64,000 bases of DNA from Trueperaceae bacterium (GTDB lineage: Bacteria > Deinococcota > Deinococci > Deinococcales > Trueperaceae): the NCBI GenBank assembly GCA_965215565.1, contig CBDCDZ010000004.1, positions 4,160,001 to 4,224,000 on the forward strand, in the 5' to 3' direction. This document shows positions 51,201-59,494 of this stretch, in pieces. The number at the start of each line of letters is the position of its first letter. Position 1 is the stretch's first letter. A program made the translations under genes and the position numbers. Below the pieces are notes generated by a model. It ran no database searches. It was not told the DNA's origin and saw only the letters and a list, made by a program, of their open reading frames with translations.

Positions 51201-51253
51201 CGGGTAGGAACATTTTTGTTATGAAGCTTGATAGCAACGTTGCCTTACAGTAA
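48230..51253 (+). CDS. S8 subtilase lipoprotein with cadherin-like, Ig-like and SBBP beta-propeller domains
   Basis: LSAC; DTG, HGT, GTSFAAP triad; FDYETKRSY cadherin; repeated AVD..GN.Y..G.T. Confidence 0.88.
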   Translation: MFQTVWWRAALAALTAAALSACGGAPAPDAEPPVRYDYALSVDITPQDSRAEVEARYGASALVWHPEAGFAVLGVEGSLVPPDAEALRENNKDAFSIPGVSALGRNSWASGRNSWASGWNAVAGGADEAVRTTFEQNLTAWRQVRLAEGQALAPSLGRGVKVAVIDTGVDVYHPALQGRLAPKSEWKDFVDGDALPLDERSDAGNGGHGHGTGVAGVILQVAPEATILPLRVLRSDGSGDLTDVALAIDWAVQSGADVINLSLGAHGDTDSKALSRVLKYARQQRGVLFAVSSGNSGDDKVAYPAKLARRGGFEHLVSVGSVDALRVRSAFSTYGSDVSLYAPGEAVYTLAPERGVMHCTGTSFAAPVVAGALALALGDFGDDPVTHAQTLLSSVSDDVDTRDDTADGADTGMLDAGRFLNVVKGVTGEMVLSSSTVLENQAAGEVVGRFSVTDGSLPSYSLVPGETDNGSFTLTNDELRTAERFDYETKRSYSVLVEANDGSGNTLRKDFTVTVQNLDEQNPNATFDNPGTLTEGEAVTLTGSASDDVDVRKLELYEDGLLLGEATLAPPGSSSDWHYLYTPRSAGTFTLKLIAYDAAGNTLATTLTVTVVEVKGWSVQFGDDTTTDDAESITADAEGNLYLAGKTSGNLAGTSSGKLDVFVMKLNSRGERVWADQFGSGGNDDAEGVAVDAAGNLYVVGYTHGSLDPEGSNFGNTDAFIAQYSEGSDGVLKLSWRKQFGAAGHEKAEAVAVDAAGNIYITGHTTSGSADFDKDVFVARYDSSGVQKGFSQFGSSADEEGKDIAVDATGNVYITGYTDGDLKGLGSNAGGFDLFIAKYRSSGEQEWLKQFGSEVDDEGKGIAVDAAGNAYVVGYTRGSLELGYQNAGNSDFVIAKYDSTGKQEWLEQFGSASDDGAHAAAIDAQGYIVVTGYTYSDDILALKYDSAGNQVWAEQLGSAQREHVDGIAADMRGNVFITGYTESTLDGAPITGRNIFVMKLDSNVALQ

Positions 51254-51272
51254 CCACAACATCCCCTACTTG

Positions 51273-51306
51273 GAGGAGGCTCGAGCTTGCTCGAGCCTCC
51301 TCTTTT
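51273..51306 (+). terminator. Intrinsic terminator
   Basis: GAGGAGGCTCGAGC-TT-GCTCGAGCCTCCTC-TTTT. Confidence 0.8.
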
Positions 51307-51408
51307 GAATCTATTCGCTCAGGCGCGACCTCACACCCCTCCACTCAAAGACGTGGCATTTCTCACGGCTGAAATAGGGCGAGCGGTGCGCCCATTATAC
51401 TAGCCGGT

Positions 51409-54042
51409 GTGCGCACCCTCATGTACTCCCTTCTCATCAGCTTATTTTTCCTCCCCCACGCATTAGCGACGCAAGAGGTCACTGCGCCCCGCGTGCGCGT
51501 GCTCTTCGAGGACCCTGCTTTAGAACCTTTCGCCCAGCGCGTCGCCGCCGAAGCGGAACGGGCGCTGGACGTGCTCGTCCCACTTTTTGACTTCGCCCCG
51601 GGTACCATCACCCTGACGATTGACCCCACCACAGACGTGTATAACGCCACCGCGTTCGCGCTGCCTCGCCCGAAAGTTGCGCTCCGCGCCCTCTTTCCTA
51701 ACGACGTGAATTTGGGCTACCGCACCGAGGATGACCTCACGCTTTTGCTCCTCCACGAACTCACGCACAACCTTCAGCTCAGCTACAACGCGCGCCCTGA
51801 GGGAATATCCGGTGGGCTCGGCGCGCTGCCGCGCCTCGGGCTCGTCGGTGAGACGCTCGCCGCCGTACCTCCGCCTTGGCTCATCGAGGGGTTAGCCGTG
51901 TGGGTGGAGAGCGAGTTCACGTCAGGCGGACGCTTAGGCGACGCGCTCACCACGGGGCTGGTGCGGAGCGCGTCGTTAGGGGAGCACCCCTCCCTCAGCG
52001 ACGTGAGCTTGTCCACCTACAGCGCGTGGCCCGGTGGCGCGGCGCGCTACCTCTACGGGGCGGAATTCACCGGTTATCTGATCGAGCAGCACGGGTTCGA
52101 GGCGATTCTAAAAACGCTGCGCACCTACAACGAGGGTGGCTTCTTCACCCCTTTCGCGGATGCGTGGCAGGAGGCTATAGGCACCTCTTTAACGGACGAG
52201 TGGGCGGCGTGGTGGGCGTCGGTGGAAGAGGTGGCGGCGGCAGAAGCTGACGAGGTTCACGCAGGACGCACCCTCACCGAGACGAACTGGTACACGCGCG
52301 CCCCCACACTGAACCCTGCGGGCACGCAGCTCGCCTGGGTCTCGTGGCCCCCCGCTGTCAACGTCGCTGACTTTATAGACGGCAGAACCATGAATGGGCG
52401 CGAGCTTATCGCCGACAGGCTGCCGAGCACGCTGGCGTGGTTGGACGCGCGGACGCTTCTCTACGCCAGAGCGGTGCGCCGCCCCGGAAGCGAGTTCTCT
52501 GAGCTGTTCGCGCTAGACGTGGTGACGGGCCAAGAGACGCAGTTGACCGAGGGCGCGCGGGCGCAGTTCCCCGCGCCGATGCCGGACGGGTGTGTCTTAT
52601 ACATCTACGATATCGTGACCGAGCCTTCGCAGGTGCGGCGCTGGTGTGAAGGGGAGACTGAAACGCTTGACGTGTTGTGGCGTGCGCCCGGCGGTGAGCA
52701 CGTCGTAGGACTCGCTGTAAGTGACGCGGGGCGCGTGGCGCTCAGCGTGTGGCGCGGCGGCTTCGTGGACCTCGCGGTGTTAGAAGCGGGGCGGCTGCGT
52801 TACCTCACGCAAGACGCCGCGCAGGATTTGGACCCCGCCTGGCGCGGCGAGACCGCGCTCGTATTTCGTTCGGACAGGGGAACGCATAGGGGAGAGGTCT
52901 ACGAGCTTTACAATCTGGAACTGTCTAGCCAAACGCTGACTCGTTTGACGCAGACGGTGGGCGGCGCGTTCGACCCGGAGGTCGCCGAAGCGGGGCTGCT
53001 CTACACCCAACTCGGCAAACAAGGCTATAACCTCGCATTTTTGAGTGAACCTTTAGAGGTCTCGGTGCCGCTCACGCGCGAACCTCTACCCGAGAAACGG
53101 CTCGAGCCAATCCAAACTTTCCCCGTGCACGATTACTCTCCGCTCCCCAGCTTGCTCCCTTATGGCTGGCTGCCGACGAGCGGTGGCGTGTCGGTCTCGC
53201 CTTTGAACGTGGCGGCGAGCGCGGCGGTGTTGGGGCAGGACGACAGCGGCGCGCATAACTACGCCCTCACGCTAGGGTTGAACAGCAGCCTCGCGGGAAC
53301 GCCTCTAGGTCTCTATTCGAATCTTCGCTACGCCTACGGCGAGGGCGGACTTTTGGAAGCGCAGCAACCCCTGAGCTTCGGCGTACAAGCCGGGTTGTGG
53401 CCCCACAGCCCTCATTTGGGAAGGACGGAAGAGGTAGTTATGGGCGTGCGAGGTGACGTGTCGGCGCGGCTACCTTTGGACCAGTGGGTAGGCTACGTTG
53501 GCGTTAGGGCGGGCGGGGTGCGCTTGCCCTCGCGTGGCGATGTTCAGTTTGACGGACGTATCGACGCCTCGCTCTCACAGCAGCGTACCGACAGGTGGGG
53601 CTACCGCACGCGGGGACCGCGCTTTGGCGCGTCGGGTGTCTGGAGCGCCACACCGACGGACCCGTCGCTCGGCGCTTGGCTCGACGCCACCTACTTCACC
53701 TCGCTGTGGGACGGCACTTTAGAACTTTGGGGTCGCAGTGGCTACCGCCCAGCGAAGGTTATCCCCACCCAAGCCGCTACCGACTTCGGCGCGACCTTTA
53801 CAGTGGGCTACCGGCGCAGCTTACCCCTCCGGCTTCGCTACGGCGACGGGCTCTACGCCGCCGAACGCCTCACGCTCGAGCCGAGGCTGCGCACCTGGGT
53901 GGACTCAGGGTTTCACGTCGGCGCAGACCTCACCCTCTCGCTCGACACGGTTGTCAACTACGGCGCGCCGACGAGCTTGAGCGGGACATTCGGCTACGCT
54001 GACGGGTTTTGGTACAGGTTGGGCTTGAGCTTGCCGCTCTGA
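51409..54042 (+). CDS. Exported protein: gluzincin-like peptidase, TolB-like propeller and probable beta-barrel
   Basis: Signal peptide; HELTH...WLIEGLA; DLDPAW repeats; amphipathic beta C-terminus. Confidence 0.7.
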   Translation: MRTLMYSLLISLFFLPHALATQEVTAPRVRVLFEDPALEPFAQRVAAEAERALDVLVPLFDFAPGTITLTIDPTTDVYNATAFALPRPKVALRALFPNDVNLGYRTEDDLTLLLLHELTHNLQLSYNARPEGISGGLGALPRLGLVGETLAAVPPPWLIEGLAVWVESEFTSGGRLGDALTTGLVRSASLGEHPSLSDVSLSTYSAWPGGAARYLYGAEFTGYLIEQHGFEAILKTLRTYNEGGFFTPFADAWQEAIGTSLTDEWAAWWASVEEVAAAEADEVHAGRTLTETNWYTRAPTLNPAGTQLAWVSWPPAVNVADFIDGRTMNGRELIADRLPSTLAWLDARTLLYARAVRRPGSEFSELFALDVVTGQETQLTEGARAQFPAPMPDGCVLYIYDIVTEPSQVRRWCEGETETLDVLWRAPGGEHVVGLAVSDAGRVALSVWRGGFVDLAVLEAGRLRYLTQDAAQDLDPAWRGETALVFRSDRGTHRGEVYELYNLELSSQTLTRLTQTVGGAFDPEVAEAGLLYTQLGKQGYNLAFLSEPLEVSVPLTREPLPEKRLEPIQTFPVHDYSPLPSLLPYGWLPTSGGVSVSPLNVAASAAVLGQDDSGAHNYALTLGLNSSLAGTPLGLYSNLRYAYGEGGLLEAQQPLSFGVQAGLWPHSPHLGRTEEVVMGVRGDVSARLPLDQWVGYVGVRAGGVRLPSRGDVQFDGRIDASLSQQRTDRWGYRTRGPRFGASGVWSATPTDPSLGAWLDATYFTSLWDGTLELWGRSGYRPAKVIPTQAATDFGATFTVGYRRSLPLRLRYGDGLYAAERLTLEPRLRTWVDSGFHVGADLTLSLDTVVNYGAPTSLSGTFGYADGFWYRLGLSLPL

Positions 54043-54081
54043 ACGAGGTTCAGTTGAAGTCTGCAGAAAATGCAGTGCCGT

Positions 54082-54108
54082 GTAGGGGCAATTCATGAAT
54101 CGCCCCTA
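54082..54108. repeat. GTAG-type REP
   Basis: GTAGGGGCAATTCATGAATCGCCCCTA between convergent genes. Confidence 0.75.
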
Positions 54109-54147
54109 AGCCGTCGTAAGGGGATACGCGCTTAGGTCAACATGAGG

Positions 54148-55947
54148 CTACGACAGCCGCCTATCTAATTCAAACGCCGCGCTGATAAGCCCCAAATGCG
54201 TAAAGGCTTGCGGGAAGTTGCCGAGCTGCTGCCCGTAAGGACCGATCTCTTCGGAGAAGAGCCCCAAGTGGTTGGCGTAGCCCAAGAACTTGTCGAACAG
54301 GAGCCGCGCCTTTTTGACCTCGCCGGAACGCGCCAAACACTCGATGTACCAGAACGAGCAGATGTTAAAAGTGCCCTCTTTGCCGCGCAGACCGTCGTCC
54401 GTATCGTCGCTGTGATAGCGGTAGACTAAAGACTCGTCCACGAGTTCGTCTTCGATGACGCGCAAGGTAGAGAGCCACTTGGGGTCATTTGGAGAGACGA
54501 ATTTGACTAGGGGCATCAGTAGGCTCGAGGCGTCCACCGCGCGCGAGCCCTTGTACTGCACGAACGCCCCTCTATCCTCGTCCCAGAAGTTCTCGAAAAT
54601 ATCGTAGTAAATCTCGTCTCTGACCTTGTGCCAGCGCTCTAAAGGTGCGGGGAAGGAGCGCTTGTGCGCCAAGCGAAAGCCCCGGTCCACCGCTACCCAA
54701 CACATGAGCCGGGAGTACAGAAACTCCTGCTGACCGCTCCGCACCTCCCAGATGCCGTGGTCCTTGCGCTGCCAATTCTCGCATACCCAGTCGATCATCT
54801 GGATGAGCCGCTGCCACAACTCGAAGGAGATAGGGTCGCCGTATTTGTTATACAGATAAACCGAATCCATCAGCGTGCCGTACACGTCGAGTTGAAGCTG
54901 GTCGTAGGCGCTGTTGCCTAAACGCACGGGCGCGGAGCCCCTGTAGCCCTCCAAATGTGTCAGGTTCTCCTCAGGGATTTCGCGCTCGCCGCCGATGCCG
55001 TAGAGCGCTTGCAACAATCCTTTGTCGCCCCCTTCAGTGTACTCCGCCGCCCGCGCCGAAATCCACCGCATGAAGTCCGCCATCTCGTCTAAGTAGCCGA
55101 GCCTCGAGAGCCCGTAAACCGTAAAAGACGCATCCCGAATCCAGGTGTAGCGGTAGTCCCAGTTGCGCTCGCCCCCCACCTCTTCGGGCAAGCCCATCGT
55201 GGCGGCCGCGACGATGGAGCCCTCTGGCGCGTAAGTGAGGAGCTTTAGAGCCAATGCCGAGCGCCGCATCTCCTCGCGCCAACGCCCCTCATACGTCGAG
55301 CGGTTCACCCACGCCTGCCAGTAGTTGAGCGTGTTCTTAAACGACTCAGAGACGAAGCTCTCGTCTGCGGCGGGCGAGTGTTCGCCCTCTTTCTCCAGTA
55401 CGAACGAGGCTGTTTCTCCGGCTTGCAGGGTGAATTCAGCCGCCGCGTCGTCGCCGTTAAGTTCTAAGTCCAGCGGCGTGCGTAGCAGCAGCGTCAACCC
55501 TTCCGAGCGGAAGCGCACGCCCTCGTCGCACAGCTCCGCCTTGTGGGACGCGCGTGCGTAGTCGAAACGTGGCGCACACAGCAGGCGAAAGCGCATCTCG
55601 CCGCGAATGATCTTCACGCGCCGCACGACGCGGTGGCGGTGCCCCTCCTTGACGGGCATGAAGTCCGAAAGCTCCGCTACGCCCTCTTCGGACAAGAAGC
55701 GCGTCAGGAGGATGTTCGAGTCGGGCAGATAGAGCTGCTTTTTGGTGACGCGCGCCTCTTCCTTCTGGGACAGAAGGGGCTCTACGCAGAAGTGTCCCCC
55801 CTTCTCCGCGTCTAGGAGCGCCGCAAAGACAGTCGGCGAGTCGAAGCGTGGAAACGCCATGTAGTCGAGTGAGCCGCCCTTGCTGACCAGCGCCACCGTG
55901 TGCAAGTCGCCGATAATCCCGTAGTCTTCGATAGGGCGATAGTTCAC
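54148..55947 (-). CDS. Glycoside hydrolase family 15 (trehalase/glucoamylase-like)
   Basis: RNWDYRYTWIRDA, QLDVYG, GIWEVR, GNFPQAFTH. Confidence 0.93.
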   Translation of the reverse strand: MNYRPIEDYGIIGDLHTVALVSKGGSLDYMAFPRFDSPTVFAALLDAEKGGHFCVEPLLSQKEEARVTKKQLYLPDSNILLTRFLSEEGVAELSDFMPVKEGHRHRVVRRVKIIRGEMRFRLLCAPRFDYARASHKAELCDEGVRFRSEGLTLLLRTPLDLELNGDDAAAEFTLQAGETASFVLEKEGEHSPAADESFVSESFKNTLNYWQAWVNRSTYEGRWREEMRRSALALKLLTYAPEGSIVAAATMGLPEEVGGERNWDYRYTWIRDASFTVYGLSRLGYLDEMADFMRWISARAAEYTEGGDKGLLQALYGIGGEREIPEENLTHLEGYRGSAPVRLGNSAYDQLQLDVYGTLMDSVYLYNKYGDPISFELWQRLIQMIDWVCENWQRKDHGIWEVRSGQQEFLYSRLMCWVAVDRGFRLAHKRSFPAPLERWHKVRDEIYYDIFENFWDEDRGAFVQYKGSRAVDASSLLMPLVKFVSPNDPKWLSTLRVIEDELVDESLVYRYHSDDTDDGLRGKEGTFNICSFWYIECLARSGEVKKARLLFDKFLGYANHLGLFSEEIGPYGQQLGNFPQAFTHLGLISAAFELDRRLS

Positions 55948-56066
55948 GCTCTGACTCCGCTAAGTAACTTGAAGAGGTTTGGACTGTTTCTCGTCATCCC
56001 CTACAATAACGCACGCTCACACTGTAAATAGGGGGTAAACAGGGAGCAGCGCCGTATACTCGCCCT

Positions 56067-57083
56067 ATGAACATTCTCGTTTTAGGCGGTACTCACTTTA
56101 TCGGCGCGCACGCAGTCCGGCGGCTCGCTCTGGAGCATGAGGTCACGGTGTTCCATAGAGGTCAAACCGAGGCTGAGTTACCGGAGAGTGTCGAGCATAT
56201 TTACGGAGATAGGAAGAGGTTGAGCGAGTATAAAGAGGTGTTTGCGGAGCTAGGTCCTGACGTCGTTTTAGACACTTTGGCGATGACCGAGGCGGACGCG
56301 GAAGCTGTGGTAGAGGTTTTCCGAGGACTTACGAAACGCTTAGTCGTGTTGAGCAGCGGCGACGTTTACCGCGCGTATGGCAGGCTCATCAAGCAAGACC
56401 CCGGCCCGCCTGACCCCGTACCTCTCACCGAAGATTCGCCGCTCAGAGACGAGCTTTACCCCTACCGCGAGAGCGCAGACGGTCCCGACGACTTCGAATA
56501 CAGCTACGACAAAATTCTAGTCGAGCGCGTCGTGATGGCGCGGCCCGACGAGTTGCCCGCGACTGTGCTCCGCCTACCGATGGTCTTTGGTCCTGGTGAC
56601 TACCAGCACCGCTTGTTCTCTTACCTCAAGCGGATGGACGACGAACGCCCCTTTATTCTGCTCGCTGAGGATTGGGCGCAGGCTCGAGCCTTGCGCGGCT
56701 ACGCCGAAGACATGGCGGAAGCGGTTGCGCTCTGCGTGACGAAAGAAGCGGCGGCGAACCGCATCTATCACGTGGCGTATAGGGAGAACTTCGTGGAAGA
56801 GGTCTGGTTGAACAAGGTTGCCGCAACGGTTGGCTGGCAGGGCGACGTTATCAAAGTTCCGAACGAGGAGCTTCCCGAAGGCTTACAACATCACATGGAT
56901 ATGCGTCAGGATTGGTCCGTGGACTCAGAGCGCATCCGCGCCGAACTCGGCTACGAAGAGGTTGTCCCGCTAGAGGAAGCCTTGCGCCGCACGGTAGCGT
57001 GGGAGCGCGAGCATCCGCCTGAAGTTGACCCGGAGAGGTTCAACTACAAAGCCGAGGATGAGGTGGTTGCGGCTAGAAACTAA
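56067..57083 (+). CDS. NAD-dependent epimerase/dehydratase family protein
   Basis: GGTHFIG, SSGDVY, YDKILVE. Confidence 0.88.
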   Translation: MNILVLGGTHFIGAHAVRRLALEHEVTVFHRGQTEAELPESVEHIYGDRKRLSEYKEVFAELGPDVVLDTLAMTEADAEAVVEVFRGLTKRLVVLSSGDVYRAYGRLIKQDPGPPDPVPLTEDSPLRDELYPYRESADGPDDFEYSYDKILVERVVMARPDELPATVLRLPMVFGPGDYQHRLFSYLKRMDDERPFILLAEDWAQARALRGYAEDMAEAVALCVTKEAAANRIYHVAYRENFVEEVWLNKVAATVGWQGDVIKVPNEELPEGLQHHMDMRQDWSVDSERIRAELGYEEVVPLEEALRRTVAWEREHPPEVDPERFNYKAEDEVVAARN

Positions 57084-57192
57084 GAGGTGAAGCGGAGGGA
57101 CTCGAGGGTGTATGTTCTAAATTTCACATCCCGCTTCCCTCCGCCCTTTTGTGGACCAATGTAAGGTTTTTGTAGGAGTAGAGGGGTCATAC

Positions 57193-57305
57193 TAACGGTA
57201 GCTTTGAAGTCATTTGAGCTTGTACCGCGCGAATATAATCCCGCGATATGAGTGCTAGTCGACGCTTTATCTACTGAAGGTGTCTGCAACCAATGAGACC
57301 TGCTA
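57193..57305 (-). mobile_element. Short MITE-family copy with 3-bp TSD TAC
   Basis: TAACGGT...GACCTGCTA flanked by TAC/TAC; shares GCTTTATCTACTGA with the 5.0-kb copy. Confidence 0.6.
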
Positions 57306-57319
57306 TACCCGGAGGAACC

Positions 57320-57655
57320 GTGAGAGAAGCTATTCGTAAAGCGATTCAAGATACGGCTGACGAACTCAACCTAGACGTTGCGTTTTCGCTCGGCAGGCGG
57401 CAGACGGATATTTTGGTCATGCACCTTAGAGGCAAGCGCAAGCGTACCCTGGCGTTACCCACCTATATTCTCGACATGTTCCCCGACGTGGACATCGAGT
57501 TTATCCGTTCGGGCAGTACGGGCAGCGAGCATACGCTCACCGCCGTTGTTACGCAGAAACTTTCGGAGCAGTCTACCGAGGTGCAAGAGCGCCGCGCCAA
57601 ACTCCGCTTGCTCCTCACGCAAACGCCGGAGATGCCCTCGCTCAACGCCGATTAA
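57320..57655 (+). CDS. Hypothetical protein
   Basis: GGAGG SD before GTG 57320; coding-like codon usage. Confidence 0.55.
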   Translation: MREAIRKAIQDTADELNLDVAFSLGRRQTDILVMHLRGKRKRTLALPTYILDMFPDVDIEFIRSGSTGSEHTLTAVVTQKLSEQSTEVQERRAKLRLLLTQTPEMPSLNAD

Positions 57656-57834
57656 AGCAGTTCACAGAAGTACTGAGTTGGAATAGCGCTTACGAAGTTT
57701 TGCCCCCGGCAAAAGTCTCAGTTCGAAGAACTAGCGGGATTTCATTCAAGAACGTGCGTGCCCGCCGATGTTCTCTAATGTGGGACTGGCTCAAACCAAA
57801 TGAAGTTCCGCTAGGCTCCGCCTGAGACTTGCTA
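57655..57834 (-). mobile_element. Diverged MITE-family copy
   Basis: AGCAGTTC...ACTTGCTA ends; shares AGCGCTTACGAAGTTTTGCC and GTGCGTGC with the 58956 copy. Confidence 0.65.
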
Positions 57835-57900
57835 TAGCCCGAGTACACGAACGTTCAGCCTCCACCTTCTTGTTATAACGAACGCGGGAAGGTGACTTTT

Positions 57901-58923
57901 ATGCCTCAAACGGAAAACACGCAAATTTTACTCTCGAGCCGCCCTCAAGGTTGGGTCACGCGCGAGAATTTCGAGACCGTCCGAAAGGACATCCCGGAGG
58001 TTCGAGCGGGTCAGATCGTGGTGCGCAATCTCTGGCTCTCGCTAGACCCCTACATGCGCGGGCGGATGAACGACGCGAAGTCCTATGTGCCGCCCTTTGA
58101 AGTTGGTGAGGTCTTGCAGGGTCAAGCGGTGGCGGAAGTCGTGGCGTCAAAGCATGAGAAGTTCGCCGAGGGCGACTTCGTGACGGGCATGTTCGGGTGG
58201 GAGAACTATACGCGCTCAAATGGGGAGGGGGTGCGCAAGGTGGAGCGGGGCGGCGTTCCCCTTTCGTACTACCTGAGCATCTTAGGCGTCACCGGGCTTA
58301 CGGCGTACCTCGGGCTGTTCGATATCGGCGGGCTGCAAGCGGGCGAGACGCTGTTCGTATCGGCGGCGGCGGGCGCAGTCGGCAGCGCGGCGGGGCAGAT
58401 GGCCAAGCTTAAAGGGTGCCGCGTCGTCGGCACAGCGGGCTCGGACGAGAAGATCGACTACTTGACGGGTGAGTTAGGCTTCGACGCGGCCTTCAACTAC
58501 AAAACTGCAAAGCTGAGCCGGGCGCTTAAAGAGGGGTGCCCGGACGGAATCGACCTCAACTTCGAGAACGTAGGCGGCGACATCTTAGAGGCGGTCCTAC
58601 CTCGTATGAACGACTTCGGGCGCGTGGCGGTCTGCGGCATGATCGCGCACTACAATGACGAGACGCCGCGCCCCGGTCCGCGCACCTTGCCGCTCGTGAT
58701 CAGCAAGCGGCTCAAGCTGCAAGGCTTCATCGTCTCAGACCACTTAGACCGGATGAAGCCCTTTATCCGGGAGATGAGCGGTTGGATAGCCGAGGGTAAA
58801 GTTGTGCAGCGCGAGAGCGTCGCCGAGGGAATCGAGAGTGCGCCTGAGGCGTTTATCGGGATGCTCAAAGGGGATAAAATCGGCAAGCAACTTGTCAAGG
58901 TCGGCGAGAAGCCGAGTGCGTAG
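57901..58923 (+). CDS. NADP-dependent oxidoreductase (CurA/prostaglandin-reductase-like MDR)
   Basis: SLDPYMRGRM, GLTAY.GL, AAAGAVGS, FENVGG. Confidence 0.92.
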   Translation: MPQTENTQILLSSRPQGWVTRENFETVRKDIPEVRAGQIVVRNLWLSLDPYMRGRMNDAKSYVPPFEVGEVLQGQAVAEVVASKHEKFAEGDFVTGMFGWENYTRSNGEGVRKVERGGVPLSYYLSILGVTGLTAYLGLFDIGGLQAGETLFVSAAAGAVGSAAGQMAKLKGCRVVGTAGSDEKIDYLTGELGFDAAFNYKTAKLSRALKEGCPDGIDLNFENVGGDILEAVLPRMNDFGRVAVCGMIAHYNDETPRPGPRTLPLVISKRLKLQGFIVSDHLDRMKPFIREMSGWIAEGKVVQRESVAEGIESAPEAFIGMLKGDKIGKQLVKVGEKPSA

Positions 58924-58955
58924 GGACGCCTACTCTGTAGGGGCAATTCATACAG

Positions 58956-59113
58956 CAGCAGTTCCACGACACATTGAGACAGTTGAGCGCTTACGAAGTT
59001 TTGCCTTTTGCATCCGCAAAAATTCCATAACCGGCAAGGGTCTCATCCCTTGAAGTGCGTGCTAAACATCGTTTTATAAAGTGAGCGTGTCTCTGACCAG
59101 ATGATACCTGCTA
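58956..59113 (-). mobile_element. MITE-like element with 3-bp TSD CAG, inserted inside a GTAG REP
   Basis: CAGCAGTT...ACCTGCTA flanked by CAG/CAG; REP halves at 58937 and 59136. Confidence 0.85.
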
Positions 59114-59399
59114 CAGTAATAAATATGTGCCCCTACACAGCGCCGCATCGCCTTTCAGTCTTTAGCTAAATCACCCAACCTCTTTTGGGACCTCGAGCAA
59201 AAACACGACGCCCTCAACCTCTTCTCCGCGCTTCATTCGCGTCCTCAACCTCTTTTCACAGGTACACCGTAGCAACCTCCACAACTCGTGATAGACTTGC
59301 GCGTGCAGTCAAATCTGCAACATCGCTGCCGGACAGAAAGAGGGGCTTTGTGGCAAGTTTGCGGAACTATTGCCTCAAAGGTTCGCAGATATTATTTCG

Positions 59400-59462
59400 T
59401 AATACACGTGCTAGTCACTACCTTTTTGACTGAGCGCGTTCATGACCGGATGATACCTGCTG
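59400..59462 (-). mobile_element. Degenerate MITE-family end upstream of hppA
   Basis: GACCGGATGATACCTGCTG. Confidence 0.5.
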
Positions 59463-59494
59463 CTTTTGTCTGACGATTTTTTAGTGGAGGGTCT

